Assembly: GCA_009103225.1 (NCBI GenBank) | Contig: RHPI01002076.1 | Span: 150,205-214,204 of the forward strand | Length of the DNA: 64,000 nucleotides | Source of the DNA: Chlorokybus atmophyticus | Taxonomy: Eukaryota; Plantae; Mesostigma and Chlorokybus algae | Direction of reading: 5' to 3' | Shown: piece after piece, positions 51,673 through 63,182 of the stretch | Numbering within the stretch: position 1 is the stretch's first letter | How the letters are laid out: every line of letters begins with the position of its first letter | The notes under the pieces: generated by a model | Seen by the model: only the letters and a program-made list of their open reading frames with translations | Told to the model about the DNA's origin: nothing | The model's database searches: none | Translations under genes and position numbers: made by a program

Positions 51673-53287
51673 CTCTTTAAGTGTGGTGTTCGCTTTGTTG
51701 TTCAATGATACGGTGTCACTTGGGTTTGCATTGAATGTTGTGTCCCTTAAATTATACATAAGTTGAATAGTTTATAATTGGACTCTGAAGCTAAATGCAA
51801 ATATCGCTACCGATCAATGGATGTGTATTATAATAACACTGAAGCTTATTGATGCTGTCGTTGCAAAACACATGTCGAATGTGTGCATCTCAACACATGC
51901 TTCACGTTGTCACGCACATATCAATTTGCAATGAACGACTATGTACTTCAGCTGCAATCGTTGCGAGTCTCATATTTGGGGTGTAAGGAGCTGTTGCGAG
52001 AGAGGCGGGGCTAGTTGACAAGAAGTCCGCACTGTCCGCACTGTCGTCGTCGTCCTGCTTATTGTCGTGGGTCACACCTCTCCCCTACTATCCTATGCTG
52101 TTCTACAGGTAGTGCTCTCAGCCTTTGCCCAGCTCCGTCCTGCTACTGCTCTGCCTGCCCTACTCTTGCACATCATGTAGGAACCAACCCCCTAGCTGTA
52201 TACCAAGGTTGCTTATGAGTGTGTGTGCGTGGCAGTGCAATGTGCATTCCTGCCTATGCTTGCGCCTTTGCTTTGTGTGCCTCTTTCGTTACACTTCATA
52301 CATGCTACATCGACATGTATCAAGATAGCAACAGCAGCGGAAATACTTCTTGGTATTACCCTGCCTCTCAAAGCACTCACCAATCTGTTGCTGAGATGGA
52401 AAGCATTTCAGCAATGCATACAAGAGGACCGCCTTGACTTGATTTGCATGTTGCACGCTGGCAGCCTAGGTGTGGGAATTTTGGAGTAGGATGCACGGTG
52501 GAGTAGGGTGCATCATGCACCCTACTGCTCAGAAAATAAACTTGGTCGATGCTGCAACGATGGTGCCCACGTAAACTTGCATCCGATGGCTTTATCGCAT
52601 TCGGTTGCATACCTTTTCATAACAGCTTAGTGGTCCATTGATGGCCATTAGACCGGTGCCTACCGGTAGCATAACAGCCTACAACTTGTAGGCCTAGGTA
52701 TCAGGCCTGTGCCACACAGGTCACTTCACGTGCATCAGCTGGCAAGGCCACAATCACCAACCATTGTCCGGTGCGGGCAAGTGCAGTGCAGTGAAACTGC
52801 TGCCGTTTCAGCGTGGACAGTTCTAGTCCCGTACCCGCATGCCCGGAGCATTTTGTAAGCCGGGTCGCGCCGTACGGCGCCACTCATACCTGTACTACGC
52901 AGAAAGATTGCCGCGGACTGGACAATTCTCGCGGGAAGCGAGCCAGCGGCCACAGCCCCTCGGGTCATCTCAGCCGTTTACCAACTTAGGGTACCTTCCC
53001 GTCACCAGGCAGGCCACGCTGCGGCATACATTCCGTGGATCCAACGATTCCAAACGGATTCCTGCCCCGATGAGGACAGCTGTGTGGTCTGGACGGGACG
53101 CGCCGCTGGCAATGGACTGCATTGGCGCATGCAGCTGGAAAGGGAAGCCGCATGCTGCTGGCAGTGTAGGGGGCGGCGGCTTTGGACGGGGTGTGATACA
53201 TTAGTCAGTGCGCTGCTAGTGTCGTGCGAGCACGCCGTCAAGGGCGGTTAGAAGGGGTGGCGTGCAGTTTTAGCTGTAGAGGCCGGC

Positions 53288-55738
53288 ATGTTCGCTAGTC
53301 ATACCGTGCAGCTCGCCGCCGGCAGTAGCAACTTGACAGCGGTAGCTTACAGCCGCAGCGCCACCGCCGTCGCTGCCGTAAACGTCCGCAAGCCTGCCGC
53401 TGGTGTCTCTCGCAGCAGCGTCGCCCCTCGTGCTAGGTTGTCGTCTAGATCGTCCGGCTTCTCCGGGGCAGCGCTAGTCTCCAAGGTCCGTCAGACCGCA
53501 CCGACCTACCGCACCGCAATGGCTCCGGCTTCCATGCTCATTGAGCCTGATGGCGGCGAGCTTGTCAACCTTATCGTGCCTGAGTCCGAGCTGCAGGCCA
53601 AGCTCGAGGAGGCCAAGACGCTGCCCACCGTGTCCCTCACTGAGGTAAGCCCCTGCTTCGCTTCCTCGGCCCCGGCAATGCAGAAGCTTGCAATGTAGCA
53701 TTTGGCATGCAGTAACCTACGTCAAGCAGCAGCATTGTCGCCGTGTAACACTTTGATACAGACGTGGAGTGTGTGTACTGCCAGCTGGCATGCTTCGCTA
53801 GTATGTCCTGCCTGTCAGCCCGCATTGCTTTCTTTGAAGCTGCAGTGTACGGCAGTGGACATGGTTATGCTGCTGTGTAACACTGAATGTGGCTGTCTGG
53901 CAGATTGACTTCCAGTGGGTGCACTGCCTGGCTGAGGGTTGGGCCAGCCCTCTCAGAGGCTTCATGCGCCAGAAGGAGTACCTGCAGACTCTGCATTTCA
54001 ACTGCCTGAGGCAGCCCAATGGCACCTTCGTCAACCAGAGTGTCCCCATTGTGCTAGCCATCAGCGAGGAGACCAAGGCCGCAATCAAGGATGCCAAGGC
54101 CATTACTCTGCTGAAGCAGAGCGGCGAGCCTGTGGCCATCATGCGCGACCCTGAGGTCTTCCCTCATCGCAAGGTTGGTCGGTTTGTAGTTAGGTTCTCT
54201 ATGAATGCCTGCCTAGCGATTGTCAGCTAACACATGCAATTATTGCAGGAGGAGCGCACTGCCCGTGGCTGGGGATCCACCGTCGATGGCCTCCCCTATG
54301 TCGAGGAGTCCATTAAGCCAGCTGGCGAGTGGCTGGTCGGTGGTGATATCGAAGTCATCGCACCCATGGTGTAAGTATCAATCACAATGTGGTTTGCACT
54401 GAAGCATGGTGCAGTGTTGTCCTCTGCGAATTGCGCCAATATACACAGCTGAGTCGATTGCTGTGTCCAGGTACAATGATGGTCTTGACAAGTTCCGCCT
54501 GACTCCTTCTCAGCTCAGGCAAGAGTTTGACAAGCGCGGTGCCGATGCTGTTTTTGCTTTCCAGGTAAACGTGCTACAAGCTAGCAGCTAGTAGCAGCCT
54601 TTGCCCACATGTCATACGTGTCTGTAGTCTGCAACAGTTCTGTTGTTTTGTTCCTGGCTCTGTTTCCTGTTCATGCACATGAATTGCAATTAAGCACATT
54701 ATGACAGAGCTTTTCACATGTACCATGATCTCCTCCTCTTAACATTTGATCTTGTGCAGCTGCGCAACCCAGTGCACAACGGACATGCCCTGCTCATGAA
54801 CGACACTCGTCAGCGCCTGCTGGAATCTGGCTTCAAGAACCCAATCCTTCTCCTCCACCCACTGGGTGGCTGGGTCAAGGCTGATGATGTCCCGCTCGAT
54901 GTGCGCATGGCGCAGCATGACAAGGTATGGGGACATTGCATGCTGTATGGTGTTGTGCTTGAATGTCTCGTCAGAGTTACGGACGTTGGCAATTGTGATG
55001 CAGGTGCTTGAGGAGGGTGTCCTGGACCCGGCCACAACCATCCTTGCCATTTTCCCCTCGCCCATGTTGTACTCTGGTCCCACGGAGGTGAGAAGCTGCT
55101 GAGCTCTGACGCATGTCCTTAGCTGCGGGATTGTATGTTATGCTGACCATGGTCCTCGCAGGTGCAATGGCATGCAAAGGGTCGCATCAATGCTGGTGCC
55201 AACTTCTATATTGTTGGGCGTGATCCTGCGGGTATGGCGCATCCGAACGGCAGCGGTGACCTGTATGACCCAGAGCATGGCAAGATGGTGCTCTCCATGG
55301 CACCTGGCCTGGAGAAGCTGAACATTCTGCCCTTCAAGGTAAGAAGCGCCACTCGCTATGCCCTTGGGCTGTAGCAGCCGAGCTAGAATGCACACATGCA
55401 AACATTGTCCATGCTGTGCACCAGGTGGCAGCATATGACAAGAGTGTTGGCAAGATGGCCTTCTTTGAGCCAGCTCGCGCCGGTGACTTCCTCTTCATTT
55501 CAGGCACCAAGGTACTCGATTTGTTTATACATGAGGCAGGTGTATGTGTTGCAGTCATACAATGCATGCTACAGGCTAGGTTACAAGTTGCTAATTTTGG
55601 CTATATATTTTGCAGATGCGCAATTTTGCCAAGACTGGTGAGCTTCCTCCGGATGGCTTCATGTGTCCTGGTGGCTGGAAGGTGCTTGCGGATTTCTACC
55701 AGAGCCTTGGCGATCGCGTCATGCCGGCTGCAGTCTAG
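53288..55738 (+). CDS. APS: Plastid ATP sulfurylase (sulfate adenylyltransferase), land-plant APS type, about 492 aa
   Basis: Nine exons: 53288-53644, 53904-54173, 54249-54370, 54471-54564, 54760-54924, 55004-55087, 55162-55338, 55425-55511, 55616-55738. All borders are GT/AG and phases are consistent. A Ser/Ala/Arg-rich transit peptide precedes [42 protein letters not shown] and [14 protein letters not shown]. Confidence 0.96.
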
Positions 55739-58090
55739 AGGAGTAAAATCTGTAATTCTTGACTTGCTGACTGTGTGCAGCACAGTACCAGCAGTTGCGT
55801 ATTAGGGGTAGCCAAAGTCCTTCAATTTTCTGTATTTGCCTACGTATAACGCTTTGTGTGTCAGCCTGCTGTGCAGTACAGGTTGCTATGCAAGCAGCTG
55901 CTGTTGTGTGTTGTTCATGCACATGCTGGTACGCTTTGCGGTCGCATGCGTACTCTGCAATTTGCGAGTTGGAAGTCTCAGTGCGACAGTCCCTGCTGCC
56001 AGCGCAGGTAGCTACTGTGCTGGGAAGTGGTGGGATCGTCAGGTTGTGGGCAGTAAAGAGTTGATCATGAGCGAATTGAATAGGATAAAGCACAACTCGA
56101 GAATTACTGCCCCTGTCCCATCCTCACTGGTGCTGTCAGCTTTGCCTACGTGGACATGCTGCTGGCCAAAGTGGGCTCACTCACCCTACGGTGTGCCATG
56201 GCAGCATAACAAGCTAACGCCCATGTTTCCAACATTGGCAAAACAACTTTTTCTGTTTAAACCAGCGGCCACACGCAGTCTACAATAAGGCACATGTTCA
56301 AACACATCATGTCATCATATAGCACAAGAAGGCATATAGCACAAGAAGGCAATGGAGTAGGCAATAGTGGTCACAAGCACGCCAGGCAATACACAGTTCC
56401 AAAGGCAGACCCAAGCACCTAATACCCGAGTGTGCGAACACAAAGACATGCAAGCGCGATTAACATCTAGAAGAAGATAACAGCGACAGCGGAGTACAAA
56501 GCAACCACATGTACATCGTGTATGGACCCTCACCTGTCACAGCAGCACCACCAGTCAGCAACTGCCGAAAGTGGGCAGACATATTCATTATGTATGATGA
56601 TGTATGATATGTGTTGGCAGCCAATGCAGTATTGATGGTCGGGAGGGTTGGGAGGCGGCGATGAGAGGAGTCGTTTCGTCGCACTAAACGTGGTCGGCTG
56701 ACGCTATTGATGCTGTCGCAGGTATGGCAGTCAATCGGTGCTTGCCAAGGGGCTGTGCATGCGTGGTAAAAAAGTTGAGCTGACATAGCATATACATTAA
56801 CATATGCCATATATCCTGGCGGTGATGGCTTGAATGTAATGATGACTGTGGATGGCCTCTGCGCATGTAAGTGTGCATGTGTAGCAACAGCGTGCGCATG
56901 TGAATACGCCTTAAGCATAGGGTAATATCCGAGGGGCCAAGCACTCAAATCAAATGCTTATAAGCACAAGCACAAGGCATATAGCCAAAAACAAGACACA
57001 ATAACACTAGAACCGCTACACTATGCTATGGGGCTGCTGCTATGTGCTATGTAGTGCAGGAAGGGCGTAGACAGCGGGCAGGCAGGAGCAGCAGCAATGC
57101 AGAGCACCGCTCAGCTACCTGCAGCAATCAGAGGGAGGGAGAGGGAGAGGAAATGGCAGGTTGAGGGCAGGGGAGTTGCGAGCGACGATGCTGAGAGAAA
57201 AGGACGCAGTGCAGGAGGCTGTGCTTGACAAACGACGCCTAAACCAGCCCCAAGCTGCGAATGGGCGACTCCCTGCGCCTTACCCTCCTGTCACAACAAC
57301 TAACAACGGCTGCAGGTTATTGGCAATGCCATTAGTGCATTGCAAGCATTAGAGCATCGCAGCCAATGCATACTACAGCGGGCATAGCATGCTCCCCACT
57401 GTTGCTTGCATACACAAGCTTACATGAACTTACCTCACCATGCTTGCGGTGTAGCCAGTGCCATCAGCTGGAACAAATGCCTAAAAGAACCATCAAACAC
57501 CACACCTGGTCTCGTCCACGCAAAAGAGTACGCAAACGTGACAGCAAAAGTTCTGCGCTTGTAACCCATAGCCTACATGTCGTCTAAAAAGGCGAATCAT
57601 CTCCTCCAAGAAGTGAGCCATGTAGGTACACAAACGCAAGAATCCGAGGCACAGCGACACCACCACATTTTGTTTAGTTGCCTTTGCAATATTGGATTGT
57701 GAATGTGGGGCTCGGTTGTCTGTCACGTTGGTGTAGTCAGGCTCACAAAGTCTGCTGTACGGTTTGATACACACAAACAGTAGCAGTTTGAAAGATCAGC
57801 ATGTTTTAGGTACGTTATGGAATTCCTGTGCTGTCACTGCCAATGTAAGCAAGTCACTTGGGTATATCCCCCACGCCAATGCAGTTGGTGATCTATACAT
57901 GACCTCATCAAAGCCGGGCAGGTTAGCCACCAACAAGTTATCAATAAAATAAACAATGCCTGTAACAGCACCACCGTCGCCGGTGATGCCCCTTCAATCC
58001 TCTACCCCAACACCCACACCGCCTATGACAAGCCTTTCAACGGCGTGGCCGCCACTGAGCAGAGAACTGAAAGTCCCCACATCAGATTGA

Positions 58091-58472
58091 TGTGACCTTT
58101 TATATCAAGAGTATATCAACTATATACCTCTCGATAATTAACTCACAACTAGACATCGACCCTACAGATAGGGTAGTTAGGAAATCTAGCGTGAGCCAAT
58201 CACAGCTCAGATAAGGTACCTATCGATAAGGTACCTATCGTAAGGTACCTAACGAGATAGTGATCACATTATATCAAATGTGACACTAAATAGGCTTGAA
58301 TAAGCGGTTCTACACCCATTGGGACTTATTTAAGCTATGATAAAGCATCATAGCCTTTAATAAGCGAGGAACCGTAGAAAAGAGGTATAAATAAGCATAT
58401 TTAAATACTTATTCATACAAAATGTGTTATTTAGGTAGCAATAATACCCCTATTATTATTGCTCCCGTTACA
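58091..58472 (-). repeat. 3' LTR of element 1 (TGTAAC...GTCACA, about 382 bp)
   Basis: The start is fixed by the PPT. The end is inferred from the GTCACA terminus and the compositional change at 58091. The partner LTR lies outside the window. Confidence 0.7.
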
Positions 58473-58619
58473 TTCCCCCCCACTTAGGTTTTCAACGTCC
58501 TCGTTGAACTCAAGTTGATCAGGCTTGATTTCGAGTAATTGTAACCAGTGAGATAGCAGGAAATGACAGGGTGGTAATGAAACTGCACTGCCAGTCTGTC
58601 ATAAAACCAAGCCCACAGT

Positions 58620-61600
58620 TTATGGGACAGGAGATGAATTCCAATAAGCTCGAAGCAACTCGCGGCAGTGCGTAAGATGCCTGTCGGGCTCCCAACTGTT
58701 ATGTTCTGGGCCATACCCTTTCCATTTCACCAAATAGCGAGTTGCGCGTCCTCAACCATTTAGCTTATGGTTCAATATAGCTTCCACCTCGTATTCGAGC
58801 TCGCTGTCCACCTCAACTGGCGGTGGTGGAGGCTGTGTTCTACCGTCTGAGCGGTAAGGTTTCAACAAGTTTACATAAAACACGTTGTGTATACGCACAC
58901 TTGGGGGCAATTGCAGTCGATAAGCGTGCGTACCAACTCTATCAGTGATAGAGAAAGGACCTAACCATCGGGGCAGCAACTTGCGAGCACCCGTACCTTT
59001 GATGGTTATGTTTTTTGCATTCAGCAAAACTTTATCGCCGACATCGAAAGTGGCCATTTTTCGATGTGTATCAGCATAAGCTTTTTGCCTGTCCTGTGCT
59101 TCTGACAGACACAGCTTGGCTCGAGCCAAATTTTCTTGCATATTAGTGGCAAATTCTTTTGCCGCTGGCACAGTCACGGCATGGCGAGGTACACGCAATG
59201 ACGCTGGTGTGTTCGGGCGAATCCCATAATTCAAGAAAAATGGGGTTTCCTTTACACTTTCCTGCCACGCGTTGTTCACAGCGAACTCTGCCATTGGCAA
59301 GTACCTGTCCCAATCAGCATGATTAGGAGCCACATAGTGGCGAAGCATTTCTTCCAGTATTTGATTTGCTCGCTCAGTTTGACCGTCCGTTTGCGGGTGG
59401 AAAGCAGTCGACATGCTTTGTTTTACCCCCAACAATTCACAGACTTCTCGCCAAAACTTGGAGACAAAACGAGGATCACGATCTGTGACAAGTTCACGCG
59501 GTATACCGTGAACGCGAAAGACCGTGGACACAAATAAGTGTGCCAAGTCCCGTGCACTTACAGTTGTGCAACACGGGGCAAAATGCACCATTTTAGTCAA
59601 ACGGTCGACAAAAACCACAATAGCAGTGTATTTAGCTGCTGTTTCAGGTAGGTCAGTAATCAAATCCATACTGACACTATCCCACTTTTGTTCTGGAATT
59701 GCCAATGGTTTAAGCAATCCCGCTTGTTTTTGTCGTAGTGGCTTATTACGTTGACACACGTCACATGTGCGAACATATTGATCCACGTCAGCTGACATTG
59801 ACGGCCACCAGTATAACTGTTGCGCAGATTTGAGTGTTTTGTGTTTCCCCAAATGCCCAGCATACGGCGGGTCATGCACTGAATGTAAGCATTGCTTACG
59901 CAAGTCGCCCGAGTTGGGAATTGCCAACTGCTCCCCTTTATACCACAGATTGCTAACAGCAGTAAGCTGTTGCAAGTTGGTTTGACTGCTAAACCAATCA
60001 TCTGAGTTATAACCTGCGGACACTTCCTTTAAGAAAGGATCTTCAGGCTGTTGTACATTACGCGTACTTCGAGAGCGCGTAAGTGCCAAAAGAGCAGGGC
60101 TGCGACTTAGTGGATCCGCCACATTGGTGCGACCCGGACGGTATTGCCAAGTGAAAGTGAAACGAGAAATGAATTCATTCCACCTAGCTTGCCGCCTCGA
60201 CAGATTTTGTTGCGTATGAAAGAATGTGAGCGGGTTGTGATCAGTAATCACTGAAAACTCCACCCCTTCCAAGTAGCAACGCCATGTGCGCAGCGCGTGC
60301 ACCACCCCGAGCAATTCCTGCTCAGTGGTTGTGTAATTACGTTCAGCAGGAATGAACTTTCTGCTTTCATATGCACATGGTCTGTCATCTTGTAGAAGGA
60401 CTGCCCCACACCCAATGGTGGAAGCATCACTGATCACCACAAAAGGCTTGGTGTGGTCGGGGAAGGCTAACACAGGGGCTTGTGTTAATGCATCTTTAAT
60501 GCGTGTAAAAGCAACCTCGTGTGCCTCCGTCCACACAAATTTAACATCTTTTCTTAGTAAAGATGTTAAAGGGTTTGCCATGCCAGAATATGCTCGCATG
60601 AACTTGCGGAAATAATTGGCTAGCCCCAAGAAAGCACGTAACTGATGTACATCCTTGGGTGGTGGCCAATCCTTTACCGCACACACCTTTTGAGGATCTG
60701 GTTTCAATCCTTCTTTGCCAATCACATGCCCTAAAAAGGGTAGTTCATCCTTTGCAAAGTTGCATTTGGACAGGTTGGCATAGAATTTGTGTTCGCGTAA
60801 CTTAGCTAGAACCAATTCCACATGCCTGTGGTGGTCCTCCCGGGTTTTGCTGAACACAATAATGTCGTCTAGATATACCAGTACAAACTTGTACAATTCA
60901 TCAGCAAATACCGCGTTCATTGCTGTCTGAAATGTAGCCGGTGCATTTGTTAACCCAAATGGTAACACTTTATACTCAAAGTGTCCTAGTGGGGTGCGAA
61001 ATGCAGTTTTTTGTATATCCGACGGGTGGATTTTGATTTGATGATAACCACTGGTCAAATCCAGCGTGCTGAACACTGTTGCACCTGACAGCTTATCAAA
61101 CAAATCATCAATCCGAGGCAAAGGGTATCTGTTTTTCACAGTGACCTTGTTCAACGCACGGTAATCAATACACATGCGTAGCTTGCCATTCTTTTTGGGC
61201 ACAAACAAAATTGGTGCACCAAAAGGAGATATGCTCTTTGTTATTAAACCTTTGTTCAATAACTCTTTGAGCTGTTTTTCCATCTCCGCGTGTTCTAAGG
61301 GACTTAACCTGTATATAGGCCGCCAAGGTGGCTTTGCCCCCTCCTCTAATGGAATGGTATGATGTATGTTTCGATCGGGAGGCAACTCTGGGAGTTCATC
61401 CTGAAATACATCAACGTGTTGTTCCGTAAGTGACTGCACCACAGGGTCACTGATAGCCTGTTCAGCAGGTGTTTCCACCTGTCGTAAGTGCAGTAAGTAT
61501 ACTTCCTCACGTTTACGCATGCAACGTTTCAATTGCATAGCAGAGAGGAGCGGAACATTATCGCGTGGTATACGTGCGAGTACAGATGCTGTTAAAGTCA

Positions 61601-62348
61601 TCCTACGTTTCCCTTTACGAAGGGTGCACGTATTGGCTCGAGAGTCTAATTGTAAACCTGCTTCAGTGTGCCATTGTTCCCCTAAAACAACATCCACCCC
61701 GGGGATACCAATATCCACCACGATGAAGGCTGGTCGGGTTATATGGCCATTAATAACAAAACGCCCTTTTACCTCTCCCATTGCATTGAGAATGGAACCA
61801 GCAGCACGTACGTATGACGTGATTGGTGTGAAAGGAGTGTTATTACGTTTCACCCAAGCATGTTCAACAAAGTTATGGTTTGCACCAGTATCAATCAATG
61901 CTGTACATGGTGTATTCATAAGTTGACTCTCAAATCTCCATTTGAGTGGCACTGAGTGACCATCAAATGTAGCTAATGTTGGAGTGCCGTGATTGGTAGC
62001 AGACTTGATCAAGATCACTTGCAATGGTGAAGCTCCTGTATCTTTGCGTGAGAGTTGCATGATTACTTCTCCCCCTTTCAACAATCGTGACCACGGGCCA
62101 TGATATCGAGGGATAACTACACATGCAGTAACAGCATGTTGTAATTGCAACTTGTGTAAGTGCGTAACAGCAATTACTAATTCAGAGAATGGAACATTGA
62201 TTAAAACACAACCGTTTGCATTTCTTAACACAGGTGGTGTGCTCATATCAGTCCATACATCTGATACATCACAAAGAGAGGAAACTTTATCAAGAAGTAC
62301 AGAGTTTTTAAAGTCGTTCTGCTCGACTAAGCTACCAACCACGGACAA
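58620..62348 (-). CDS. Pol polyprotein (Dam-like N-terminal segment, aspartic protease, RT, RNase H, integrase, chromodomain)
   Basis: ORF 62348-58752 carries ALIDTGA, LRMCIDYRALN, VYLDDII, SDAS and the integrase HHCC/DDE motifs. The chromodomain (YEVEAIL...[16 protein letters not shown]) continues in frame past the TGA at 58754-58752 to a TAA at 58620. Confidence 0.93.
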
Positions 62349-62416
62349 TTCCTATTTCTTGTCTCTCTGCTGCTTGACCTTCTGTGCATTCTGTTTTGCA
62401 TAGCACGTAGCCTCCC

Positions 62417-63088
62417 TGTAACAGTCAAGGCCAAATTCTGTGATTTTCATGGCCGTTTTAGGCCTTATTTGTAAGGTACATGTTTTTAATGACTTGTGGC
62501 GGATATCGGCGAGTTATGAGTCTGCCGCGGATATCGACCGGGGCCCCAAGACCAGTCCGGAAGGTGCCAGAAAACGGAGGGCCAGTCGAGAAGGGCTCGA
62601 CCAGATTTCTGGAAGGGCCTGGCGCCAAGTAGTATAACTTGACCATATGAGCAGCAAATTAGGAGATCTTTGGTGCGTTGGATAGGTCTAGAAGTGTACT
62701 ACAAGATTCTGCAAGAATATCTTAGCTTCTAGTTCCGTCTAGCGCTAGAATCGTCTAGACAGTAGCATGTGCAGACTGGTAGGTATAAAAGTGACATTCT
62801 ACAACTTGCAATACAACCTTTAGCTCCCTAGTTTCTTGTGTGCAAGCTTGGTGGTGGTTAGCAGGGGTTGCTAGCGTGTGCCCACCGGTGTGTGCTTGCT
62901 TGTGTGACGATCCAAGGCGCTACACAAGTCGGTGTGTAGCTTCGAGCGCATGCGCGTGCGTACGCGAGTGGCGGGGCGCGCGTGTGTGCTTGGCAGAGGG
63001 GGCAAGGTTCCGGTGTGAATACCGTGTCTTGGTGAGAGGGTTGTGGATTGGACCAACTCACAGGTGACAAGGCACGAGCACCGTCACA
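62417..63088 (+). repeat. 5' LTR of element 2 (672 bp)
   Basis: TG...CA termini, with the PBS 2 nt downstream. Confidence 0.8.
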
Positions 63089-63090
63089 AC

Positions 63091-63102
63091 TGGTATCGGA
63101 GC
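63091..63102 (+). promoter_or_regulatory. Primer-binding site (initiator tRNA-Met)
   Basis: TGGTATCGGAGC differs from the canonical TGGTATCAGAGC by one A>G, which is compatible with a G:U wobble. Confidence 0.85.
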
Positions 63103-63182
63103 ACGGTTTACGAAGGTGAGAGAGGAAGTGTGTGGGCGTTTACACTTTTCATTCGGAAGCGGAGTGTAGTGTGTTAGTAGAG

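Larger units (their letters stand above)
58091..62416 (-). mobile_element. Ty3/gypsy chromovirus LTR retrotransposon 1 (3' LTR, pol and gag tail; interrupted by element 2)
   Basis: PR-RT-RH-IN-chromodomain order. A polypurine tract (aagtgggggggaa, 58485-58473) abuts the LTR start TGTAAC. Confidence 0.93.

Noticed and set aside
56460-57960. Possible small genes between APS and the LTR (ORFs 56460-56948 and 57493-57774)
   Set aside because: There are some splice-like signals but no recognisable domain or consistent exon chain.
57961-57967. TGTAACA as an alternative outer boundary of the element 1 LTR
   Set aside because: 57961-58090 is compositionally unlike the AT-rich LTR, and GTCACA at 58091 matches the terminus type of element 2. 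This cannot be settled without the partner LTR.
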